Below, piece after piece: positions 1-7,491 of a stretch of DNA of 41,320 nucleotides. The notes beneath the pieces are model-generated. The model made no database searches and had not been told where the DNA came from. It worked only from the letters and a program-made list of their open reading frames with translations. The stretch is from contig CAZMQH010000001.1 in the NCBI GenBank assembly GCA_964568245.1, positions 1-41,320 of the forward strand, written 5' to 3'. This DNA comes from an uncultured Methylomarinum sp. (GTDB lineage: Bacteria; Pseudomonadota; Gammaproteobacteria; Methylococcales; Methylomonadaceae). The translations under genes and the position numbers were made by a program. Each line of letters opens with the position of its first letter. Within the stretch, counting starts at the first letter, position 1.

Positions 1-86
1 TTTGATGACTCTAAAACATGCCCTAATGAAGTGCCTTTCGGTATTTCAGTAAAGTTTATTTTTTCAATGCGTTTATCTAATTTAAA

Positions 87-455
87 TTAAGCTCCACTCA
101 CAGGCTTAGCTGACTGCTGATATTTTAAATAGGCTTGAGTCATAGATTTTAACTTTTCAGATAAGTTGATATCTTGGCTTTGTATTTCGATATATTGACG
201 CTGCCAGGCACAACCATTTTGCTTATTATTGATGCGGTCTAAAATGATAGATAAGAAAACTTCTGCATCACAAGTGGAAATGCCAAAAGACTTTAAACCG
301 AGAATTGCGCGAGGGATAAGTTCAGTCCTTAATAGAGATTGTAAACGGTGTTTTTGGCCATCAAGCCAGATGATATGGCTGTCTAATCCGTATCTTGAGG
401 CTTGGTGAAAATTATCTTTGGCTTGAGCGAAAGGAAGTTTAATGCCTTTTTTCAT
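87..455 (-). CDS. hypothetical protein (122 aa), family not recognised
   Basis: Uninterrupted 122-codon ORF with an ATG start. It looks soluble, with no TM helix or signal peptide. It diverges from the 610..1020 ORF across a 154-bp AT-rich spacer. I see no diagnostic motif. Confidence 0.5.
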   Translation of the reverse strand: MKKGIKLPFAQAKDNFHQASRYGLDSHIIWLDGQKHRLQSLLRTELIPRAILGLKSFGISTCDAEVFLSIILDRINNKQNGCAWQRQYIEIQSQDINLSEKLKSMTQAYLKYQQSAKPVSGA

Positions 456-609
456 TATTTTATCAGATATATTTTTAGTCTGGCCATAAAAAAGGCAACA
501 ATAGAATAGTAGAAATGTGAGCTTATCTACAGAGTGGGGGAAGTTTTACACGTTTCTTAATTTTTTGAAATTGATTTTCTGAAAGAAAAGGTTATACTCA
601 AAAAAACTT

Positions 610-1020
610 ATGATAAATGAGCTATATATGAATATTTTATTTAAAAATATCCCTATAGGAACTACAGGGTATGCGTTAGCTGATTTCGTTGAGTCAGAAT
701 TTAATTTACATTCAACGGAGGAAAAGGAACTTTCGGTGGCTGTCTGCTGTATTGAGATGCTAGAAAAACAAGATCATTTCTGTCATCCGATTGAACAGTA
801 TGGCATTGTAAGAATTTCCCCTCCTAGTCTTGCTAGAAAAGTAATGAGACAGTTAGATGGTTGTTTGTTTAAGAAGCTTAATTTAACCGTTAGGGAGTAT
901 TGTACTCGCTCGACCATTAATGATCCAAGGTTAAACCATATTGATACACATGAAGTGATTTTAGAAAAAAGAGTTAAGGATAGAAGAGAGCATTCTTTGA
1001 TTTATTCTAGACAAATTTAG
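610..1020 (+). CDS. hypothetical protein, possibly a degenerate RRM-like fold with a basic tail
   Basis: 136-codon ORF. From the internal Met at 628 (MNILFKNIP...) it reads like a ferredoxin-like/RRM fold (ILFKNI ... YGIVRI ... LNLTVREY), followed by a basic tail (EKRVKDRRE). A candidate promoter lies upstream: TTGATT (571-576), 16 bp, TATACT (593-598). The start codon (610 or 628) is uncertain. Confidence 0.5.
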   Translation: MINELYMNILFKNIPIGTTGYALADFVESEFNLHSTEEKELSVAVCCIEMLEKQDHFCHPIEQYGIVRISPPSLARKVMRQLDGCLFKKLNLTVREYCTRSTINDPRLNHIDTHEVILEKRVKDRREHSLIYSRQI

Positions 1021-1206
1021 GTATTATCTTACTATTTTTCTGGTATTATAATTTATTTATCAATCGTATTAAAAATATTTTGACGAATGTTTTGGTTAAA
1101 ATAAGCTCCTCACTGATTTTCCTTTTTGTTTTCTGATATGCGCCTTGTTCTTTTTTAACTATGTGGTTTAATAGAAACTAGTAAAAATTAAGTAACAGAG
1201 GAAGGG

Positions 1207-3195
1207 ATGACACAGCAAGCAAAAATTGAGTATATATCTACTCCAGACGTCTCGTACACGTTTCAACCACCCTCTTCTAATGGTAAAGAAAACTTAAGAG
1301 TCAAAATTTTTGTTTTAACTTTTGTAGTTTCTTTAATTATCGGAATAAGTATTAATTATTCCAGACCTGCTGTTTATTTAAGTCGTGCAACTTTATTAAC
1401 CTCTGCTGCTACCGCAGTCGATAAAAGCAGTCAAGATGTTGATTTTCAGCATGTGACTATCCAAAAACAAAAACTTTTAGGGCTGGAGTTATTAACAGAA
1501 ACTATTACTAGAGTTAAGGCACTAGATAATGAATTGGAATTGTCGGGGATTACATTGTCAGATGTCCGGCAGATGTTAATCGTTGAGCCGATTGAAGATA
1601 CTAATCTTCTTACTATGTCTGCTCAAGGTTCATCACCTGAGATGTTGCCTGTTGTTATTAATACCTGGATTGATGTTTATCTTGAGGCTAGAGCAGAGAG
1701 TGTTAAAAATGCAGCTGATAATACAGTGGAGCGTATTGATAATGAATTAACTGAACTTGGCATAAGGATTAACCAAACCCGAACTGAAATAGATTTGTTC
1801 AGGAAAAAACATGATATTAGTTCTATTGCTAGAGAAGAAAATGAGCTACCAGCAACACTTATAGGCTTAACAAAAGTTTTGAATGATGCAAATGAAAATT
1901 TGTTAAAAAGCAAAGCAAAATTTGATGCTGTTAATCGGGCTATCGCAAATGGCCGAGCTGTTGTTCCGCAATACGAGCAAACTGGATTAACTGAGCTTGA
2001 AAAAGAATATCGTGAGTTAGTTGCACAAATGGCTGAGTTTGATAAACATTTTACTCGTGATTATTTGCAGTATCAAGGGACAATGAAATATATACCTGAG
2101 CAAATAAAGTTATTGGAACAGAAAATAAAGCTTAAACGTAAACGCGGTAAAAGTATTGTTAGAACGGAAGCGAGTCAAGAGTATTATGCTGCTAAACAGG
2201 TGGTAGAGAAAGTTAGGTTGCAACTTGATCAGCATAAAATAAAAGCTGCAAATTTCACTACTTTATTCTCTAAGCACCAGAAATTATTGGATGATATGGA
2301 GTCACTGGAAGCTATGACCCGAGAAACTCAGGATCGCTTGATTAAAATACAAAGTACACAATTTGAAAAATATCCACAAGTTGATGTGGTAGAACGGGCC
2401 AGTGTTAATCTGCAAGCGATTAGCCCAGATTATAAAATGGGACTGTATATTGTTTTGATAACATCACTCTGTCTAGCTTTTTTTGCAGTATGGCTTAGAC
2501 AATTTTTGATGCCAGCCCCTATATCTAAAGGGGAAAATATCCCTGAAGTTCCTATGGCAACGTGGTTTGGTACTGGGGCTATACAGAAAAATAAAGAAAT
2601 TGAGCAACAGCATGAGTCCTCTTTTATTGAGCAAAAAAAGTCTAATGGTTTGCCGAATTTACCTGTTTATAAGAAAATTTCTGAAGCGGATATACAATTA
2701 ATATTAAAGCATGGCGATGATAATACTCAGCAATTAATTTTATTGTTATTGTCAGGCATGGACCTAGAGGAAATATCTAAACTGACTTTAGAACAAATAA
2801 ATAGTGAGCTTTCAACGATCCATTTTTTTGAATCGTCTTCTCGTGTTATTCCTATTGGCCGTGTGTTACTGGAAAAATTAAATAAATCTCTCCAAAGTGA
2901 CCGCTTATGGCAAGCAAAAGATAATTTATCGATAGACGATATGAATGCGATGCTTTATTGCTCGGCTATTGATATTGGGTTTGATAACTTAGGCGAGCCA
3001 TTGTCAGAAATTTTGCGAAAAAGTTATATTATTTATTTAGTGGAGCAAGGCGTTCGGTTGACAGAGTTGGCTAAAATTATTGGTGAGCGATCTCCTGTTG
3101 AGTTAGCTGGCTATGCTGATTTTTCACCCATTGGCGGAGGCTGCGATATGGATCAAATTCAAGTTGTATATCCTTTATGCCAAAAAAATGATTAA
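1207..3195 (+). CDS. Wzz/GumC-type polysaccharide co-polymerase (PCP) N-terminal module fused to a C-terminal tyrosine-recombinase-like domain lacking key catalytic residues
   Basis: 662-codon ORF with GAGGA 4 nt upstream of the ATG. TM1 is VKIFVLTFVVSLIIGISINY, followed by a Wzz-like RPAVYLSRATLL segment and a long coiled-coil region. A GNVR-like segment (YPQVDVVERASVNLQAISPDYKMG) precedes TM2 (LYIVLITSLCLAFFAVWL). The ~225-aa cytoplasmic tail has no Walker motifs. It resembles integrase box I (LLLLLSGMDLEEISKLTLEQIN) and box II (EILRKSYIIYLVEQGVRLTELAKIIGERSPVELAGYADF). Confidence 0.6.
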   Translation: MTQQAKIEYISTPDVSYTFQPPSSNGKENLRVKIFVLTFVVSLIIGISINYSRPAVYLSRATLLTSAATAVDKSSQDVDFQHVTIQKQKLLGLELLTETITRVKALDNELELSGITLSDVRQMLIVEPIEDTNLLTMSAQGSSPEMLPVVINTWIDVYLEARAESVKNAADNTVERIDNELTELGIRINQTRTEIDLFRKKHDISSIAREENELPATLIGLTKVLNDANENLLKSKAKFDAVNRAIANGRAVVPQYEQTGLTELEKEYRELVAQMAEFDKHFTRDYLQYQGTMKYIPEQIKLLEQKIKLKRKRGKSIVRTEASQEYYAAKQVVEKVRLQLDQHKIKAANFTTLFSKHQKLLDDMESLEAMTRETQDRLIKIQSTQFEKYPQVDVVERASVNLQAISPDYKMGLYIVLITSLCLAFFAVWLRQFLMPAPISKGENIPEVPMATWFGTGAIQKNKEIEQQHESSFIEQKKSNGLPNLPVYKKISEADIQLILKHGDDNTQQLILLLLSGMDLEEISKLTLEQINSELSTIHFFESSSRVIPIGRVLLEKLNKSLQSDRLWQAKDNLSIDDMNAMLYCSAIDIGFDNLGEPLSEILRKSYIIYLVEQGVRLTELAKIIGERSPVELAGYADFSPIGGGCDMDQIQVVYPLCQKND

Positions 3196-3213
3196 TCTAA
3201 AGTGAGGAATGTG

Positions 3214-3597
3214 ATGAGTTGGAGAAAAGTGGGTCATGATGATACCTATAGTGATGAACAAGTTGAGTTGCGCTTGAAAGAACAATTACCGCATTGGTAT
3301 TTAGAAAAAGGCTGGATACGTCGAAAATATAAAACCAGTGGGTGGAAATCAACATTAATGGTAGTTAATACGGTAGGTCATCTTGCTGAATCAGCTTTTC
3401 ACCATCCAGACTTAAGCGTATCTTATGCCTTTGTGATTGTTAAATTAATGAATCATGCGGCAAAAGGTATTACCAATAAGGATTTTGAGCTAGCATCTAA
3501 AATTGAAGAGGTAGTTATGTGGCAACCTGGTTTAGACCAAGGGGCTTTGGAAGGAACACCATCTGATCCTAGGTTTAAGTATATAAAATATGATTAG
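3214..3597 (+). CDS. phhB: pterin-4-alpha-carbinolamine dehydratase (PCD/DCoH family)
   Basis: The full PCD signature [DE]-x3-H-H-P-x5-[YW]-x9-H-x8-D is present in AESAFHHPDLSVSYAFVIVKLMNHAAKGITNKD. GAGGA lies 5 nt upstream of the ATG at 3214. The ORF track's GTG at 3202 is a less likely start. Confidence 0.85.
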   Translation: MSWRKVGHDDTYSDEQVELRLKEQLPHWYLEKGWIRRKYKTSGWKSTLMVVNTVGHLAESAFHHPDLSVSYAFVIVKLMNHAAKGITNKDFELASKIEEVVMWQPGLDQGALEGTPSDPRFKYIKYD

Positions 3598-3630
3598 TGA
3601 TGGCTTTGTTAAATAGGGAGGGATAAGTAT

Positions 3631-3776
3631 CTGAGTATATTTAATTTAACAGAATGTTGTAGGAGTGTCCGCCCTCGGCGCGAATAAAATAATGCTCTTT
3701 TCTCTAATAAATCGCGCTGAGGGCAGGGACTCCTGCAAACTATGATTAATCTGTCAGAATAATTAAAATACTCACT
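3631..3776. repeat. REP/MITE-like nested palindromic element (copy A)
   Basis: The inner arms TGTAGGAGTGTCCGCCCTCGGCGCGA (3658-3683) and TCGCGCTGAGGGCAGGGACTCCTGCA (3712-3737) are complementary at 21 of 26 positions. The outer arms CTGAGTATATTTAATTTAACAGA (3631-3653) and TCTGTCAGAATAATTAAAATACTCAC (3750-3775) are also inverted. The element fills the convergent spacer between phhB and recN. It shares the 16-mer TCCGCCCTCGGCGCGA with copy B at 11835. Confidence 0.8.
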
Positions 3777-3796
3777 GATATTTTGAAAATATTAAT

Positions 3797-5470
3797 TTAA
3801 TGGCTGATATTATCACCTAACATTTCTTTAGCATGGGCTAAGGTCTGTTCAGTCATGTTTACTCCACCTAGCATTCTTGCAACTTCCTCTACTCGTTGGT
3901 TAGAATTTAACTGGCTAACCGTTGAAGATGTAGTTTCTGATTGTTCCTTTTTAACAAATAAATGTTGATGGGCTTGTGATGCTACCTGAGGTAAATGAGT
4001 GACACAAAGCACTTGTTTGTTATGACTTAAGCTGCGTAATTTTTGCCCTACAATTTCTGCAATACCCCCACCAATACCCGAATCAACTTCATCAAAAATC
4101 ATGGTTGGGGTTGTCTTATCAGTGCTGGTTGTCACTTGTATTGCTAAACTGATGCGGGATAATTCCCCCCCTGAGGCAACTTTAGCTAATGGCTTTGGAG
4201 GCAGTCCAGGGTTAGCACTAATTAAAAATTCGATTTTATCATTACCATTTAGCTTAGGTGTTTCATTATTTTGATAGCTAAGGTCTACCAAAAAATCACC
4301 TTGTGGCATACCAAGTTCTTTTATCATTTTAGAAATATTACCCGCTAATTTTTTAGCATTGCTACTGCGGTTGTCTGATAGTTTTAAACTGAGCTGTTGA
4401 TATTTTTTGAGTAGCTCTTGAGATTGTATGGTTAACTCATCAATACGCTCGCTACTATGGCTAATATTATTAAGTTCTTGCTCTAGCGTTATCGCTAATT
4501 CAGGTATTTTTTCAGCTGAAACCTGATGTTTACGGCTAATATCTTGAATCACTCCAATTTGGCTTTCCAGCCACTCTAAACGTACAGGGTCAGCCTCTTG
4601 AGTTTCTAAAAAATTTCTTAATTGGTGTGCAGCTTCTTCAACTTGAATTTGAGCGCTGGAAATAAGTTCATTTATTTCACTGAGTTCGGTGGAAAATTGA
4701 GCTAAATGAGTGAATGCAGAAATGCTGTGATTTAGTATTTGATTAACCGATTGCTGGTCGTTTTCGTAAAGAGTATCTAATTGAGCTTGTCCTTCTATTA
4801 AAATTTGTCCTAAGTGAGCTAGTTTATTGTGTTCATCAGAAAGTTCAGAATAGTCATAACTGTCTAAATCCAGTTGTTGTAGCTCTTCTAGTTGATAGCG
4901 AATTAACGCTTCTCGCTCGGATTGATCTGAGCTGGATTTGATTAATGTATTTAATTCATTGTTAGTTTTTTTCCAGCTTAGATAAGCTTGATTTAGCTTA
5001 TCTAACAAACTTTTATTGTTAGCAAAAACATCCAGTAAATGACGCTGTTGATCAAGGTCTAGCAAAGTAAGATGAGCATGTTGACCGTGTATTTCAACCA
5101 ACAGGCTACTAAGTTGCTTTAATGACTGTAGGGTAACAGGGCGGTTATTAATATAAGCTTTAGATCCACCATCTTGATTTACAATGCGACGAATAAAACA
5201 TTGTTGCTCATCATCAAGATCATTATCTTCTAACCATTGTTGTGCTAGAGGCGCATTGGTTAAATCAAAGTCTAGGTTGATTTCTGCTCGTTTGCAGCCG
5301 GGACGTACATAGCCAGAATCGGCTCTATTACCTAAAGCGAGTCCAAGGGCAGTCAATAATATAGATTTACCTGCACCTGTTTCACCTGTTAGAACTGACA
5401 TGCCTCTTTTAAGGTCAAGGTTCAGAGATTTTACAATCGCAAGATCAATTATGTTGAGATTTAATAGCAT
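3797..5470 (-). CDS. recN: DNA repair protein RecN
   Basis: 557 aa with Walker A GETGAGKS, a long central coiled coil, the SMC-type signature ASGGELSRISLA and Walker B MIFDEVDSGIGG. Confidence 0.95.
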   Translation of the reverse strand: MLLNLNIIDLAIVKSLNLDLKRGMSVLTGETGAGKSILLTALGLALGNRADSGYVRPGCKRAEINLDFDLTNAPLAQQWLEDNDLDDEQQCFIRRIVNQDGGSKAYINNRPVTLQSLKQLSSLLVEIHGQHAHLTLLDLDQQRHLLDVFANNKSLLDKLNQAYLSWKKTNNELNTLIKSSSDQSEREALIRYQLEELQQLDLDSYDYSELSDEHNKLAHLGQILIEGQAQLDTLYENDQQSVNQILNHSISAFTHLAQFSTELSEINELISSAQIQVEEAAHQLRNFLETQEADPVRLEWLESQIGVIQDISRKHQVSAEKIPELAITLEQELNNISHSSERIDELTIQSQELLKKYQQLSLKLSDNRSSNAKKLAGNISKMIKELGMPQGDFLVDLSYQNNETPKLNGNDKIEFLISANPGLPPKPLAKVASGGELSRISLAIQVTTSTDKTTPTMIFDEVDSGIGGGIAEIVGQKLRSLSHNKQVLCVTHLPQVASQAHQHLFVKKEQSETTSSTVSQLNSNQRVEEVARMLGGVNMTEQTLAHAKEMLGDNISH

Positions 5471-5472
5471 AT

Positions 5473-6357
5473 CTAATTGTGGTAGCCACTACTCCAGTTT
5501 AGTTTTTTTCGAAGGGTGTTAAAAAAATCATGATCTTCTGGGTGCAGTATTCTAATTGGAATGGGAAGTTTTTTAATTAAAATTTTATCGTTAATAGAAA
5601 CTTTAGGTATTTCTAAATGATCACAAGTGACTAATGCATTGATTTGGTTGGCCTGACAAAAACTGATTTCAATTTCTGATGAGTCATCAATAACAATGGG
5701 TCTATTAGATAAAGTATGGGGATTGAGAGGAACTAAAATTAATGCATTAAGAGAGGGGTGTAAAATGGGGCCGCCAGCGGATAAGGAGTAAGCAGTTGAC
5801 CCAGTTGGCGTAGAAATAATGAGGCCATCAGAGCGTTGAGAATTTAAATAAACACCGTTAATATGGGTTACAATTTCAATCATGCTTGGAGTTATCCAGC
5901 GATGAACAACCACTTCATTGACCGCTGTTTCTTGATGAATAACTTTATCGTCACGAATTATTTTAGCTTGTAGTAGATATCGTTTTTCCTCTACATATTT
6001 ACCTTGTAAAATATCATTTAATTTATATTGAATTTGATCAGGTGAAATATCGACTAAAAAACCAAGCCTCCCTAAATTAATACCGACTAAAGGAATGTTA
6101 AAGTCAACAATTGCACGAGTTGCGGCTAAAAATGTACCATCCCCCCCAATAGCAATGACTAAATCACAATATTCCCCCAAACATTGAATGGCAGATGATT
6201 CAATGTTTGGCTGGGATAAAACCGTAGCGCTTTTTGAATCAATAATAACTCTATAATTCTCTCGGATTAAAAAATCATGTACACAGGTAATGGTTTTGGC
6301 TATGCGAGGATCTTTGTGTTTCCCAATGATGCCAATGGTTTTAAATAGAGAGTGCAT
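5473..6357 (-). CDS. nadK: NAD(+) kinase
   Basis: 294 aa with the GGDGT motif (VIAIGGDGTFL), NLGRLGFL and STPTGSTAYSLSAGGPI. It sits 2 bp upstream of recN on the same strand. Confidence 0.93.
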   Translation of the reverse strand: MHSLFKTIGIIGKHKDPRIAKTITCVHDFLIRENYRVIIDSKSATVLSQPNIESSAIQCLGEYCDLVIAIGGDGTFLAATRAIVDFNIPLVGINLGRLGFLVDISPDQIQYKLNDILQGKYVEEKRYLLQAKIIRDDKVIHQETAVNEVVVHRWITPSMIEIVTHINGVYLNSQRSDGLIISTPTGSTAYSLSAGGPILHPSLNALILVPLNPHTLSNRPIVIDDSSEIEISFCQANQINALVTCDHLEIPKVSINDKILIKKLPIPIRILHPEDHDFFNTLRKKLNWSSGYHN

Positions 6358-6636
6358 AGCTGTGATAAATTAAGATTGGTCGTGTAAAATTTAAGTTATG
6401 TAAGTGTATATTAATTATTGTTCAAAAGGGTTTTTTTATAAGAACTTTGTATGATTTAGTTTGTAGAAAACTACAAAATTACAGCAGAGTTATTTCTAGT
6501 AGTTAAATAAAAGAGTCACAGCTTAAAAGGGGTTCAGCCTGAAAATAAATGATTGAGTTGATGGGGAATGCTGGCGATTAAGCCTTAGCAATTGAAGTTG
6601 AGTTTCAAAAGTATGAGCTAGGATTTTAAAAAAGTT

Positions 6637-6664
6637 TTGCAATATTAAATAAAGGAATTATAAT
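6637..6664 (+). promoter_or_regulatory. candidate sigma70 promoter of the rpsF operon
   Basis: TTGCAA (6637-6642), a 16-bp spacer, then TATAAT (6659-6664). This lies about 85 nt upstream of the rpsF ATG. Confidence 0.5.
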
Positions 6665-6747
6665 GGGTGATTCATCGGAGATTTAACTCCGTCCTTGCTT
6701 TACCATTTTGATAGGCAAAATGGGAGGCTTAACCGAAAGGAGAAAAT

Positions 6748-7221
6748 ATGCGACATTATGAAATTGTCTTTTTAGTCCACCCTGACCAAAGTTCACAGGT
6801 TCAGGCTATGGTTGATCGTTACAAAGCTATTATTGAAGATGCTTCTGGTACTGTGCACCGTCTTGAAGATTGGGGCCGTAGACATTTAGCTTATCCAATC
6901 AAAAAAATTCATAAAGCACATTATGTGTTAATGAATGTTGAATGTGATCAAGCAACGCTTGATGAGTTGGAAAGTGGCTTTCGTTTTAACGATGCTATTT
7001 TACGTAGCATGACTTTGTTAAAGAAAGAAGCGGTTACTGAACCTTCTCTTATTGCATCTGCAAATGTAGAGGAAGCTAAGGCTACTGAAGCAAAAGAAGC
7101 GGCTGATAAAGCAGCAGAAAAAGCGGCTGAAGCAAAGGCAGTAGCCGCAAAAACTGAAGCAAAGGTAGCAGCTGCAAAAACTGAAGCAAAAGAAGAAAAA
7201 GCTTCTGAAACTTCTGAATAA
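6748..7221 (+). CDS. rpsF: 30S ribosomal protein S6 with a long Ala/Lys/Glu-rich C-terminal tail
   Basis: The N-terminus [15 protein letters not shown]...[14 protein letters not shown] is typical of S6. An AGGAG RBS lies upstream. The C-terminal ~55 aa are low-complexity. Confidence 0.95.
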   Translation: MRHYEIVFLVHPDQSSQVQAMVDRYKAIIEDASGTVHRLEDWGRRHLAYPIKKIHKAHYVLMNVECDQATLDELESGFRFNDAILRSMTLLKKEAVTEPSLIASANVEEAKATEAKEAADKAAEKAAEAKAVAAKTEAKVAAAKTEAKEEKASETSE

Positions 7222-7239
7222 CGATTAGAGAGGATTATC

Positions 7240-7467
7240 ATGGCAAGTAACATGAGACGTAAAAAAATGAGTAGCTTTGGTGTTGAAGGCGCTCCAGAGA
7301 TTGATTATAAAAATCTTGATTTGTTAAGTGAATATGTAACAGAAACAGGAAAAATTGTTCCTAGTCGTATTACTGGAACACCTGCGAAGTATCAAAGACA
7401 ACTGTCAACAGCAATCAAGCAAGCACGTTATGTTGCCTTGTTGGCATTTTGCGACGCACATAAATAA
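7240..7467 (+). CDS. rpsR: 30S ribosomal protein S18
   Basis: The S18 hallmark [45 protein letters not shown] is present. The gene starts 18 bp after rpsF. Confidence 0.95.
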   Translation: MASNMRRKKMSSFGVEGAPEIDYKNLDLLSEYVTETGKIVPSRITGTPAKYQRQLSTAIKQARYVALLAFCDAHK

Positions 7468-7491
7468 TTAATTAGACAGGGATTAGATTAA

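Noticed and set aside
1-86. Possible 5'-truncated minus-strand ORF at the window edge (reads ...IEKINFTEIPKGTSLGHVLESS on the reverse strand)
   Set aside because: No ATG, GTG or TTG start is in frame before the upstream stop codon. It is too short to evaluate and could equally be noncoding.
1677-1913. 78-aa antisense ORF inside the PCP-like gene
   Set aside because: It is fully embedded antisense to a long, well-supported ORF, has a low-complexity composition, and has no RBS.
2560-3195. Integrase-like tail as evidence of a prophage or integrative element
   Set aside because: It is fused in frame to a membrane protein and appears to lack Arg-I and both His residues. No att-like repeats, phage genes or tRNA lie adjacent. 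I treat it as a domain-recruitment candidate, not a mobile element.
5471-6480. Search for a LexA/SOS box (CTGT-N8-ACAG) controlling recN
   Set aside because: No match was seen by eye in the 2-bp nadK/recN junction, the 3' end of nadK, or the region upstream of nadK. The absence cannot be proven without a matrix scan, so no feature is reported.
6948-7253. 101-aa antisense ORF over the rpsF tail
   Set aside because: It mirrors the GCN/AAR-rich repeat of the S6 tail, since Ala/Ser/Phe-rich antisense frames stay open by composition. It is not an independent gene.
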